Below, piece by piece: positions 1 through 12,570 of a stretch of DNA of 64,000 bases. A program made the translations under genes and the position numbers. The stretch lies in assembly GCA_951406725.2 (NCBI GenBank), contig OX597814.1:27342001-27406000 (forward strand). The letters run 5' to 3'. Within the stretch, counting starts at the first letter, position 1; every line of letters starts with the position of its first letter. Source of the DNA: Octopus vulgaris. Lineage: Eukaryota. The notes beneath the pieces were generated by a model, which saw only the letters and a program-made list of their open reading frames with translations, did no database searches and had not been told where the DNA came from.

Positions 1-571
1 TATAACAATATCTGTTTCAACACACAATTTCAATTCAGGAATCTTGCAAAACAAATACAAAAAGCATTTCAATAAAAATACAAAATCATTGGTATATTTG
101 ATTGGAACTTAATTTTGAAATGAAAAATAAATTGACCTTGGTTTGATTTGAACTCAGAACATAAAAGGCCTTAACTAAATACTACAACCATTTTGTCTAA
201 ATCTCTAATCATTCTGACAATTCATAATATGGCTTTTGAACACTGAATCCAGAAAAATTTGATGCACATATCCACAATAAATGCAAAAGACTAGACAATA
301 ACAGGGCAGAAATCTACAATAAATGCACTACATTCTAGTGCACATGTTCCTAATAAATGCAATAGTTACGATAATTTCAGTGCAAATGCTTGCAATAAAT
401 ACACCTGGCAGGACAATTCTATTGCACAAGTCCATAACAAATACTGAGTTCAGGACAATACTAGTGCAGATATCCTTATTAACAACACCTAGCAAAACAA
501 TCGTAACACATATGTCCACAAATCAATTCTAGTATGCATGTCCATTATTATACACATGATAATTCTAGTAT

Positions 572-955
572 GTGGAGGCGCAATGGCCCAGTGGTTAGGG
601 CAGCGGTCTCGCGGTCATAGGATCGCGGTTTCGATTCCCAGACCGGGCGTTGTGAGTGTTTATTGAGCGCAAACTCCTAAAGCTCCACGAGGCTCCGGCA
701 GGGGATGGTGGTGGTCCCTGCTGTACTTTTTCACCACAACTTTCTCTCACTCTTACTTCCTGTTTCTGTTGTACCTGTATTTCAAAGGGCCGGCCTTGTC
801 ACTCTCTGTGTCACGCTGAATATCCCCAAGAACTATGTTAAGGGTACACGTGTCTGTGGAGTGCTCAGCCACTTACACGTTAATTTCACGAGCAGGCTGT
901 TCCGTTGATTCGGATCAACCGGAACCCTCGTCGTCGTAACCGACGGAGTGCTTCC
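572..955 (+). mobile_element. tRNA-derived SINE, family A long-tail form (resembles octopus OR-type SINEs)
   Basis: A-box-like TGGCCCAGTGG and B-box-like GTTTCGATTCC in the head; 11-bp TSD AATTCTAGTAT at 561-571 and 956-966; near-identical copy at 31975-32358. Confidence 0.9.
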
Positions 956-1053
956 AATTCTAGTATACAATATGTCCATAATAAACACAAGACGATTCTT
1001 GCACATTATACAATGTCATCACTGTGTATAGCACCTAAAAAGCATTGTGCTGC

Positions 1054-1733
1054 CACTGAGCCAATGAGGGGGGTCTCAACTGCTAGAAATAGTAAAACAA
1101 ATCACCCTCAAATTTCACCTAAGTCTTTAAAAAAAAAACATATTGGATTATCACTGAGCCAATGAGGGGGGTCTCAACTGCTAGAAATAGTAAAACAAAT
1201 CACCCTCAAATTTCACCCAAGTCTTTAAAAAAAACATATTGGATTATCACTGAGCCAATGAGGGGGGTCTCAACTGCTAGAAATAGTAAAACAAATCACC
1301 CTCAAATTTCACCTAAGTCTTTAAAAAAAAAAACATATTGGATTATCACTGAGCCAATGAGGGGGGTCTCAACTGCTAGAAATAGTAAAACAAATCACCC
1401 TCAAATTTCACCTAAGTCTTTAAAAAAAAAACATATTGGATTATCACAGAGCCAATGAGGGGGGTCTCAACTGCTAGAAATAGTAAAACAAATCACCCTC
1501 AAATTTCACCTAAGTCTTTAAAAAAAAAACATATTGGATTATCACAGAGCCAATGAGGGGGTCTCAACTGCTAGAAATAGTAAAACAAATCACCCTCAAA
1601 TTTCACCTAAGTCTTTAAAAAAAACATATTGGATTATCACTGAGCCAATGAGGGGGGTCTCAACTGCTAGAAATAGTAAAACAAATCACCCTCAAATTTC
1701 ACCTAAGTCTTTAAAAAAAACATATTGGATTAT
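1054..1733. repeat. Tandem array of 7 near-identical 95-99 bp units
   Basis: Units start with CACWGAGCCAATGAGGGG at 1054, 1152, 1248, 1347, 1445, 1543, 1638 and differ mainly in poly-A/poly-G length. Confidence 0.97.
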
Positions 1734-2119
1734 CTAATCCAGGTTGCAGCATGTGTAATAAAAAAGACTGGGTGTTTCCAACAGGAGCACCTTTAATCAC
1801 ATGTCCACTTGAGAGATAACCCAGGGTTAAAAAACAACGACTCTGGGTTCATGGAAACTATTTATGAACTACATGGACTGAGTCAGAAAAAGATTAAAGT
1901 ATCTAGGCCACAACACAGACATCAGCACAAAACATCACAATGACTTGATAAAAAAAATGCCAATGGCAAATCTGATTGAGTAAATTAAAAATAAAAAAAA
2001 ACCCATGTATGAGGAAGGGGATGTCAACAGCGTATGCTCCCAGTACCAAATAGCAGACAATAAACCAGCAGTTAAGTTCTTTGTTCTTCCTTGCTTAAAG
2101 ATGGATGCATCACCCACCA

Positions 2120-2705
2120 TAAACCACAATCACCATCAATAGCAGAATTGCCAATAACCATCACTATCAACACCATTATCAGCAATGATATAACTACCAA
2201 TCCTCATCATCACCACCACCATCACGACCCTAGCAACAAATAGCAAAACTGCCAATTACTACCACCACCACCACAACCACTAACAATAGCAGAATTGTCA
2301 AATCTCCATCATTGCTACCCAAGTAGTAATAGAACTTCCAATCCCATCACCACCACCACCACCACCACCACCGCCACCGCCACCATCATAAGCAGAACTG
2401 CCAATCACCACCACCACCACCACCAGCAATAATTAAATGTCCAACCACCATCATCGTCATAATTAACACCACCACCACCACCGCCGCCACCACCTTCAAC
2501 AACAAAACTGCCAGTCACCTTCACCACCACTCCCAGCCAAGAACAGAACTGCCAATTAACAATCACCATCACCACCAACCCCTCCACTACCAGCAATAGT
2601 GAAACTGTCAATTCAATCGCTATCACCAGTACAACTAACAACAGAACTGCCAAGCACATTACAACCACCATCACCAACAACAACAACAACACTATCACCA
2701 CAACC
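2120..2705. repeat. Degenerate compound minisatellite: (CAC)n runs alternating with an AGCAGAAYTGCCAAT anchor
   Basis: Anchor recurs about nine times between ~2140 and ~2655. Confidence 0.75.
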
Positions 2706-4119
2706 CAATAAAAAAAAATATCTTCTATGCGGTCCCTCAGTCTGCTAGAAAAAGGACAAATCTCCCTGAATTCAAACTATACCATCTTAATAAAGGGCAC
2801 ATTGGATAATGCAATCATGGGGTCACATACACTTTTACTGAAAGACATGATGGTCACAGCCAAAATGCTTATGATCATGAGTTTGTTTGGTCAGGGCCAA
2901 CTTGGGGTTAAATTACAACACCATTATCATCACCAGTACAACCACCACCTTTGCCACTACTGCTAACACCATTACTCCTACCATGACCCTTTATCCCTGC
3001 CACCACCACCACTACTACCACCAGCACATGTACCATCATTACCCGGAGCAGATGGTGGAAAACAGTGAGAACAAACAAAATAATAAGGATTTTGACAAAT
3101 CTTTCCAAACACAAAAGGGGTGGATGGGTATCACTACTACTAATAATACTACTACCACTACCACTGCTACCACCACTACTGTTACCACTACGACAGCTAC
3201 TGTTTTACATGACACACAATTCTGCAGCATTTTGGTTCTCATCCTATGACAGACAGTGGTGCAGTTTGGGGTTGCATGAAAACAAGAGTGGTGGCAGGTG
3301 GGTGGGTAGTTGAAGGTGAGAAGGTAGTAAAAGAGGGAGAAGAAATCTGAGTAATTCAGTGGGGGTGGGTGATAAGAGAAAGTGAGAGAAGGGTACGCAC
3401 GTACACACACACACATGCACACATAAAAATACATACGCAAACACGCATACATGTGCGCTGCATGGGTGGGTTGGGCATGTAATTAATCTTACAGTTTTCT
3501 TCCACTCACCACCTACCTCATTCTACTCTATTCCTTGGCCTCTTCCTTCACACAGCATGCGCCCTCACACACATACACACAGATGCATGCACGCATGTAC
3601 ACACACATGCACATTTTCAGACGCAAGCAACCTCCCAACAGAGGCAGCAGCCACCAAACCTTATTCCATCCACCCTTACCCAGCCACACCTCACTTCCTA
3701 ACACCCCGCTGATTTTCTCTATCCTATTTCTCTCCACTTCATCCAAAATCCATTCATTTATCCAACAACTACTACCACTACTACTACTACTATTACACAC
3801 GCACACACATACATACATACACAAATCTTTCTGAACTTGTCAAGCTGCACCCTTCTCCCTCTCACAAAAAAATACAGCTGTGTTTATCTAAAAGCAATAG
3901 AGAAAACACAGACACACACAAATATACACACACTTGTCCCAATGCCTCTCTCTCTCTCTCTCAATCTATCTATCTATCTATCTATCTATCTACTTCATGC
4001 GCTAGTGAAATGCAAGAAAATAAAACAAAAGCAGCTTTCCAACTAGACTAGAAACAAATAATTTCCTTTGTTTTTCTTTTTCAATCTTGACCCCCTAAAC
4101 AATGTGCATATTATTAATA

Positions 4120-4694
4120 TAGTGGATTGGTAGAATCCATAAGGTATCAGACAAAGTGTTTTAGAGTATTCTCAACATTCTGAGTTCAAATCTCATCTTT
4201 GTTGCTTTGTTTTTATTCTTGGAGGTGATGTAATTACTAGAGTAAATACCACTGACTATTCCTTACCGTCAAATTTCAGGCCTTGTGACTAAAATCAGAG
4301 AACTGCCTGGTAATATTAGAGCTCTGAGCTCAAATCCTACCAAGATCAACTGTGCCTTTTCATCCTTTCAAAGTCAATAAAATAAAATACCAGTCAAGTA
4401 CTGGGGTCAGTGATACAGACTAACACCCACCACCCCTCAAAACTGCTGACTTTATACCTAAATTACAAATGATTATTATTAGGACAGTCAGTAGATAGCG
4501 GACATAGAAGAGTACTGAAATGAAGATTTTGCAGAATTCAGTTGCATCATTCTATATTCTGGATCCAATTCACAAAGACCAATTTTGCCTTTCATCTTTA
4601 CATAGTCAATAAAATAAAGTATCAGTCAAGTATTGAGAATTATGGAATAACGCTTTCCTCTCAAAACTACTGACCTTGTACCTAAACTGGAAAC

Positions 4695-4726
<32 letters not shown>

Positions 4727-4960
4727 GGGCAGTGAGCTGGCAGAATTATTAGCATGCTGGACGAAATGCTTAACAGTATTTCACCCGTCGCTATGTTCTG
4801 GGTTCAAATTCCACCAAGGTCAACTTTGCCTTTCATCCTTTCAGGGTTGATAAATTAAGTACCAGTTGAATACTGAAGTCAATGTAATTGACTTGCCCTT
4901 CCTCCCCAAAAAAGCTACCTTTGTGGCAAAATTTGAAACTATTATTAATATTATTATTAT
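4120..4960 (+). mobile_element. Cluster of decayed family C tRNA-SINE copies
   Basis: Repeated TTCTGAGTTCAAAT...TTTGCCTTTCATCCTTT...AAGTACCAG modules ending in (ATT)n tails; CpG sites mostly decayed. Confidence 0.8.
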
Positions 4961-4965
4961 TAATG

Positions 4966-5505
4966 AGTAAGAGAGCAGTGCATACCATCAAAGTGACACT
5001 GGGGTAAAATATACGAAGCCCAGTATACCCATCATGACCACTCATCTGATTAAGAGCACACTAGGTACATGCATCACAACAATGTGTGCGACAGTAATCA
5101 CATATCAAGATAAACAGTGCATGACCTTGCAGGTGGGGCCCAGTTAGAATTTTCTTCAGGTCGAGTAGCCTATTCCACTCAAAAGGTCCTTGAATAAGGG
5201 TTGTTTAAGGATGTTGAACAAAACACCCATGTTTCCAAAGGTAAATTATCCAAACCGCAAAGAATTCCACTCAACACATGGCTATGATGCTCCCCCACTA
5301 CTTTTCATGATCAGATATGCACATATCGTCAACCACTAAGGGACATGCTCAAATGGTTATGGTCAAGCAACTGACAAGCAAATTTGTAGTATTGAGCAGA
5401 ATATTTGTTATAGCCCATCTTTTATACCAAGACAAAACAATGTACATGATAACACTTCCAGACAGTTAAAATAAGAAGCCATGAGAGCCACTGTCTGGTA
5501 CTGCA
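4966..5505. repeat. Interspersed repeat of unknown class
   Basis: Flanked by (ATT)n tracts; segment 5163-5459 recurs inverted at 6821-7117. Confidence 0.6.
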
Positions 5506-5557
5506 TCTATTATTATTACTATTATTATTATTATTATCATTATTATTATTATCATTA

Positions 5558-5940
5558 AGGCAAAGTGACAGAATCATTAGCACAGGGAAAATGCTTAGTG
5601 ACATTTTATCCATCTTTATGTTCTGAGTTCAAATTCCAAAGTTAGCTTTGCCATTCATCCTTCTGGAGTAGATAAAAATAAGTACCAGTTAAACATTGGA
5701 GTGAATGTAATCGAATTAGCCCCTCCCCTGAAATTACTGACCTTGTACCAAAATTAGAAACCATTGGCAGAATCATTGGCACACCAAACAAAATGCTTAG
5801 CAGCATTTCTTGTAAGTTTACATTAAGTTCAAATTCCACTAAAGTCAACTTTGCCTTTCATCCGTTCAGGCTTGATAACGTAAGTACCAGTTGAGCAACT
5901 CCAAAATTTCTGGCCTTGTGCCTTATAGTAAAAAGGATTG
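5558..5940 (+). mobile_element. Two decayed family C SINE copies
   Basis: GGCAGAATC head, GAGTTCAAATTCC B-box and AAGTACCAGT core, each present twice. Confidence 0.75.
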
Positions 5941-5957
5941 TTAATTTTATGTTATAT

Positions 5958-6396
5958 TGACTGTAGAGGGAACCTGTGGAAGAGGTAGAGAGACCTAGAA
6001 AAACATGAGATGAAGTGGTGAAGTGGAGGTGATGACAAGTGACCAAGACCTTTGACGATATGCTTGAGAAGATTCATCAACCCAAATGAAAATGTAGTCG
6101 TGAATGATGCCAGTGTCACATAACTGGAATCCATGCCAGTGGGGCACCCGTACCAGTGGTACATGAAAACATCCATGCCAATGGGACATAAAAGCACCTG
6201 TGCCAGTGGAACATAAGCACCCATTACCCACTTGGAGTGGTTGGCATTAGGAAGGGCATCCAACCATACAAACTATGCCAAATCAGACTGGAACTTAGCG
6301 CAGTTCTCCGACTTACCAGTTCTGGTCAAACCATCTAACCCATGCCAGCATGGAAAGTAGATGTTAAATGATGATGATGATGATGATGATGATGAT
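5958..6396 (+). mobile_element. RTE-like LINE 3' end
   Basis: Decayed coding for a VEGTCGRGRPRKTWDEVV-like ORF2 C-terminal motif at ~5963-6023, then 3' UTR and a (GAT)n tail at 6369-6396. Confidence 0.7.
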
Positions 6397-6653
6397 ACCC
6401 TGAGAAGAGGAGACTGCTTCTAAGTCTTTTATGGTTGATAAGATAAGAACCACTTATATACTAGAAGTCAATTCACCTAACTATCTCTTCCCTTCCCTAT
6501 AAATATGTCTAGAGTAGATCAATTTGAAAAAGATAGACATTATTGGTAAAATTATTTGGAGATGAACTTGAATTCTCATCCAAATAAACTAACTTAACAA
6601 GTACTAGTCTGTGACTGACTACATTGAATAAAACCCTCCCAATGCTGTCTTAA

Positions 6654-7157
6654 CCCTTTTGTTACTGTATTTATTTTGAGATGCTCTGTGTTTCTTTCAA
6701 TTACTTTAAATACAACAAAGAATTTAGTAAGGCAACTTAGTTATCATTAAGCTAATGTTAGGAACATAAATTGGGACTAAGGTTTGGTGGAAGATTTTAA
6801 TTCAAAACTTATGAAAACAAGGAAGTGTTATCATGTACATTGTTTTGTCTTGGTATAAAAGATGGGCTACAACAAATATTCTGCTCAATACTACAAATTT
6901 GCTTGTCAGTTGCTTGACCATAACCATTTGAGCATGTCCCTTAGTGGTTGACAATATGTGCATATCTGATCATGAAAAGTAGTGGGGGAGCATCATAGCC
7001 GTGTGTTGAGAGGAATTCTTTGAGGTTTGGATAATTTACCTTTGGAAACATGGGTGTTTTGTTCAAATTCCTTAAACAACCCTTATTCAAGGACCTTTTG
7101 AGTGGAATAGGCTACTCAGAGCCAGAGCTGGTTTCAGCCAGGTTGGTAATGAAAGGG
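6654..7157. mobile_element. piggyBac-type MITE with an internal inverted insert
   Basis: TTAA-CCCTTT...AAAGGG-TTAA ends; same family as 16707-16921 in opposite orientation. Confidence 0.85.
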
Positions 7158-7277
7158 TTAACAGCAATACAGACCACCAGGGCAAAACAATGAAGAGGTC
7201 CCCTACATACATGACAACAGCATACATAAACATTGTAACACCTAGACTCATTGGGCCCCCCAGGCAACTGCCTTCAA

Positions 7278-8268
7278 CCCTTTAGTATTTAAACCAGCCA
7301 CATCCAGCCCCAATATTCTACCTGTATTATGCTCAGGTCTCACCAGATCTAGCCTCTCACACCTACTCCACAATGTCATTTTAAAAATAAACAATCACAT
7401 CATCAACATCGTGATGCCATGATATATCTTTATCTTGTACATGTCTTAGTCATTAGACTGCAGCCATGCTGGGACACTATCTTGAGGAAATGAATTGGCC
7501 CCAATACTTTTTTTAAAGCCTGGTACTTATTCTATTGATCTTTTTTAGGGAGCCACAAAGTTAGGGGATGTAAATACATCAACATGGTTGTCAAACAGTG
7601 ATGAGAGACAAACAGACACACACATACATAGATAGAAACTTCTTTCAGTTTCTATCTACCAAATCAACCCACAAGGCTTTGATCAGCCCAAGGTGATAGA
7701 TAACACTTGCTCCAGAGTGTCATGCAGTGGGACTGAACCCAGAACCATATGGATGGGAAGCAAACTTCTTACTGCACAACCATATCTGCACCTACATACT
7801 CTTTTACTTGTTTCAGTCATTTGACTGCGGCCATGCTGGAGCACTGCCTTTAGTCGAGCAAATCAATCCCAGGACTTCTTTGTAATCCTAGTACTTATTC
7901 TATCGGTCTCTTTTGCCAAACTGTTAATTTACAGGGACGTAAACACACCAGCATCGGTTGTCAAGCGATGTTGTGGGGGGGGGGGGACAAACATAGACAC
8001 ACACACATATATATATGTACACATATACAACAGGCTTCTTTCAGTTTCTGCCTACCAAATCCACTCACAAGGCTTTGGTCAGCCCAAGGCTATAGTAGAA
8101 GACACTTGCCCAAGGTGCCACGCAGTGGGACTGAACCCGGAACCATGTGGTTCGTAAGCAAGCTACTTACCACACAGCCACTCCAACGCTGTAGTGCATG
8201 ATTATTTTAAAACAATGTGAATTAATGAGCATTATTATGTTAGACAGGATAGTCTGGATGCTACACAG
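7278..8268. mobile_element. Decayed piggyBac-type MITE (family of 13317-13537) interrupted by two family B SINEs
   Basis: CCCTTTAGTATTTAAACC start matches the reverse complement of the 13.3-kb element; its remainder resumes at ~8195. Confidence 0.6.
7432..8183 (-). mobile_element. Two tandem family B tRNA-SINEs (CCTTGGGCAAGTG core; resemble octopus OK-type SINEs)
   Basis: Reverse complement gives GGAGTGGCTGTGTGGTAAG...GGGTTCAGTCCC head and ...GACTGAAACAAGTAAAAG tail; copies at ~7432-7792 (older) and 7801-8183. Confidence 0.85.
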
Positions 8269-8848
8269 TTAAGACAGCATTGCTCCTCCCCAAAAAGTGT
8301 ATAACCAAGGGCTAAATTCAGACATTATGCAAAGGCAAAAATCAACAGAACAAACATTGGACAAAATGCTTATTATGCTACGTTTCTTCACATTCTGCAT
8401 TCACATAGCATTCAGTTTCAACATTACAGCATTAATAAACTGTGTACCATTGAAATATTGGAATGAATTAAACTGACTACACCCCTCCCAAATTTCTACC
8501 TTTGTGGATAGCATATTGATAAAATATGTACGCCCCTAAATATCTTGAACTTGTTAGTGTATTTAAATGTCTTGTATTTGTGTTGCCTTTGCAGCAAATA
8601 AAGAAATCATTATTATTACTACTGTTAGAACGTTGCTCGTAATATGACAGGTAACTTCAGATGTATGTTTTTACCATCTTAGGTAATATTAGGAAATATG
8701 GCATACATATATAATTATGATTTAAGTTCTATCAAATTGCTTGGTGCTTATAGAAAAATGATGAAACAAAAACTAACTTCGGAAAGAAAAATATTTATTA
8801 CCTTAAAATGAAATTAAATAAAACAAATTTTTAATTTGTATTCTTTTA

Positions 8849-9259
8849 TTCTTTTACTTGTTTCAGTCATTTTACTGCAGCCATGCTGGAGCACCACCTT
8901 AAAGAGTTTTTTTAGTCAAAGAAATCAATGCTATGACTTATTCTTTGTAAGCCTAGTACTTATTCTATCGGTCTCTTTTGCCAAACCACTAAGTTATGGG
9001 GACATAAACACACCAGCATCGGTTGTCAAGTGATGTTGGGGGGAAAAACACAGACACACAAACACACACAGATATATATATATATACATATATACGACAA
9101 GCTTCTTTCAGTTTCCGTCTACCAAATCCACTCACAAGGCTTTGGTTGACCTGAGGCTATAGTAGAAGACACTTGCCCAAGGTGCTACACAGTGGGACTG
9201 AACCCGGAGCCATGTGGTTGGTAAGCAAGCTACTTACCACACAGCCACTCCTGCGCCTA
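8849..9259 (-). mobile_element. Family B SINE, full length
   Basis: Complete head, core, internal (TA)/(CA) linker and tail. Confidence 0.9.
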
Positions 9260-9299
9260 TTGTTATTATAATTATTATTACATAAACAATGTGATTGCA

Positions 9300-9782
9300 C
9301 AATCCTTAGCATGTCAGGCAAACAGCATTTCTTCCAGTTCTTTACATTCTGAGTTCAAATGTCACCAAGGTCCAACTTTGCCTTTCATCTTTTCAGGGTT
9401 GATAAAATAAGTACCAATCAAGTACTAGAGTCAATATGGTTAACTAACCCCCTCCACTAAAATTGCCGACCTTGAGCCAAAATTTGAAACTATCATTATT
9501 ATTAGAATCAGTAGCACATTAGACAAAATACCCAACAGGAGAGAATAGGGTTGATATAATAAACTAATCTTTTCTACTCTAGGCACAAAGCCCAAAAGTT
9601 TTGGGGAGGGGGGTCAGTCGATTAGATCAACCTCAGTACACAGCTGGTACTCAATTTATCGACCCTGAGAGGATGAAAGGTAAAGTCGACCTTGATGGAA
9701 TTTGAATTCAGAATGTAAAGACAGACAAAATACCGCTACGCATTTTGCCCAGCATGCTAACATTTTGCCAGCTCATCCGCCT
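9300..9782. mobile_element. Two family C SINEs in opposite orientation
   Basis: Plus copy ~9300-9500 and minus copy ~9567-9782, both with the family core. Confidence 0.75.
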
Positions 9783-10273
9783 TATAATCAACTATGTTCC
9801 CTCCCCAGATGTTGTAACCTTGTGCCTATGTTAGAAATCAATGTCACCAAAGACCAAAAGGTTATCTCAGAGTTGTGTTTCATTGTGGGACTAGAGAGGA
9901 AATCAATAAAATGGTTATGGCAAAGGCCCAGTTGCTATGTATATGACAGTAGCAGCCACTTTAGAGCCTTCAGCCTAGAGAAGGAAAAGTATAAGAAAAA
10001 AGGGAGGAGACTGTGTCAGACTGAAGCAGATGCAAGGTCCTGAATGAAGACTATTGGTTATTGCAGCATAGCACCACCTGTTGCAGCTCCAATGATAACC
10101 AGAAAAGAAGAAATTGCCCTGTCTTCATGCTAATGGCCTCAGGGGCTGACAACAATGTCGGGCACCAAAAAACTGAGTGGTGTTTTTCACCAGGGCAGGG
10201 CCAACCAGAGTCTCTGAGCAGCAGTTGTAACCTATTATTTTACAATGATCAAGAAAAAAGGGCAGATAACCAT

Positions 10274-10620
10274 AGTAAAAGTGTAAAGACCCCCTTCAGT
10301 AACGAATGACAGTGGGATTGCACCTAGAAAGCTCCCCTCTGAGGCACAAGTCCAGGCAAGGTTGTTTTATGGAAGACCAGCAGTCACCCATGCATACCAG
10401 CCTCCCATCTCCACACCACCAATGTTATCCAAGGGAAAGGCAAAAGCCAATATAGCTTGGCACCAGTGATGTTGCAACTCATTTCTACAGCTGAGTGGAC
10501 TGGAGCAACATGAAATAAAGTATCTTGCTCAAGAATACAACACACAGCCCAGTCCAGGAATCAAACTCACAACCTCATGATTGTGAGCATGACACTCTAA
10601 CCACTGAGCTTTATGCTTTC
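10274..10620 (-). mobile_element. Additional tRNA-headed SINE
   Basis: Reverse complement begins GCTCAGTGGTTAGAGTG...GTGAGTTTGATTCCTGG (A/B boxes) followed by a TCTTGAGCAAG core-like motif. Confidence 0.65.
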
Positions 10621-12296
10621 ACAGACAGCCATAGGGAACAGTAAAAATAGAGACCCTAACCAAAAAGAAAAGACAAAAGACAAGGGGGAAGACAGTTGAT
10701 TGAAGTCATCCTCAGTAACTCACTGGTATTTACTTTTATGAGCACAAACAGATTTGAATAGCTAAGAGACAACTAAATAATCCTTTCTGCTATAGACACA
10801 GGGTCTGAAATTTTGGGGCAGTGGACTATTTGATTGCATCAACCCCAGTGTTCAACTAGCACTTATTTTATCAACCCCAAAAGGAAGGTAAAGCCAACCT
10901 TGATACAATTTGAACTCATGTCTGCTATTCACTGATTATCCCAATAATTATTATTTCTAATTCAGACAGAAGGCCAGCACTTTTCAGAAGAAGGATATAG
11001 TGAATTGCATTAGTCCTAGTACTTGATTGGTGCTATATTTTATCAACCCACAAAACAATGAAAGCATAGTTGACCATCACAGGATTTGAAAACAGAAATA
11101 CTACAAAGCATTCTTATTATTAAGATGTTCCAACAGAAATAATACTTGAGCTAGACATTTCAACCAACATCCAACTTTTCATTCAAATGTAAATGGTAAA
11201 AAATTACTAAATAAAAATCTTCAGTCAAGTAATATCAAGTTGTCCTTGCTTTGACAAGCCATGCTCATCTCCCCAAAATTAGGTACAAACCAAGGACTAA
11301 GCATAAACAATATGATACAATTAAACAGTAACCAGAAATTCTACGTAATATATAGAAAATGATCAAATAATAAAGGATATCACATATGGCTGTCTAATTT
11401 TGACCAAATCAATATGGCCACATCCTATGAAAGGTATTGCAAGATCCACAAACTAACAAGAGAACCTCTGTGTAAAGTCTGTCCTACTAGAAGAAGCACC
11501 AAATTTCCTTCAAATCACACCTCATAATCCTATACTGAAATATACAGTATTAGGTAAACAATGCCTAAGATGGAATGGATGGGGATAACCAGAATTCTTT
11601 TGATCATAGGTCTACTCAACCATTGCTGACCCAGTGTTAAACAACAACAATTACAAAATCCCAGAAGGAGGGAAAAAATATGGTCAATATACCATATTTT
11701 GGAATAGCTGTCAATACAGACAAATAAACTAGAGGGAATGCTCAAAGACAAGGCTAAAATCTGGCAACAGATATCTCTGCACTAATAGATATTCTGTCCT
11801 TGTTGTGATGTGGTGGCTTGTGTACCTCAATAACCCTGAGAGCTGTACCAGTTATGTGCACAGTCCTAATAGGACCTCCCATGCTGAAAAGGTCAGAGGA
11901 TAGAGACCAAAGGTGAAAATAGGTTGGTGTAGGGCCAACACCCCTACCAAGAAAAAAAAAACAAAGTCACAGAAGCATCAGTGACAGTTCAAAACCAATA
12001 AAACGAGAGAGAGAAAGGCTTTTCCTCAGGGAAACATATGTGCTGCATCAAAATTTGAAAGGATGGACAGCTGATGCCTTTAGGAAACCAACATCCTGCA
12101 TTCACATGTCAGGCACTGACCTGGTACCCATAAGGGAAATGGAAAAGAGGGTGCTCTAAGAATAACTAAAGGTGGGATACTGAAGTAGAGCTGAAAACAC
12201 AAGAATCAAATTGAAGAGAAGCAGAAAAGATAGCCCAGCATTGAGAACAATGGAGAAAAGACATTGAGAGTCACAGCTCCATAGGAAGTAAAGAGC

Positions 12297-12570
12297 ATAT
12301 GGCATAATGGTTAAGAGCGCAGGCTACTAACCCCAAGATTCCGAGTTCAATTCCAGGCAGTGACCTGAATAATAAAAAAATAATAATAATAGTAGTATCA
12401 TCAAAAAATACCTTAGGAATGAGAACCCATGATTCGAAATTTCAAGACACCTGATGAAGGCTGGAGGGTATATCAGCTGAAACATTGTGTTAACAACAAA
12501 CAAGACGAGGACAAATATCCGTCAAATGTAAATAATGTACATAATTCCTCATCTCTTAAATATAGAGCTC
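12297..12570 (+). mobile_element. tRNA-headed short element carrying a type I hammerhead-like motif
   Basis: A box TGGCATAATGG and B box GAGTTCAATTCC; CTGATGA...GAAA core at 12451-12482; candidate 8-bp TSD TAAAGAGC at 12289-12296 and 12571-12578. Confidence 0.75.
12446..12491 (+). ncRNA. Minimal type I hammerhead ribozyme motif (CpG-decayed)
   Basis: Stem I GACAC/GTGTT; core CTGATGA; stem II GGCTG/CAGCT; GAAA; stem III ACAT (likely from ACGT); H=T. Confidence 0.7.

Noticed and set aside
572-650. tRNA gene calls for SINE heads (also 12297-12366 and 31975-32050)
   Set aside because: No complete acceptor stem; they continue into SINE bodies flanked by TSDs
905-1737. Repeated MRGVSTARNSK ORFs and a CRISPR-like periodic array
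   Set aside because: Plain tandem repeat with no unique spacers and no cas genes; frames shift with poly-A length
2405-3249. Poly-Val/Thr/His ORFs resembling mucin or membrane proteins
   Set aside because: Derived from (CAC)n/(TAC)n microsatellites
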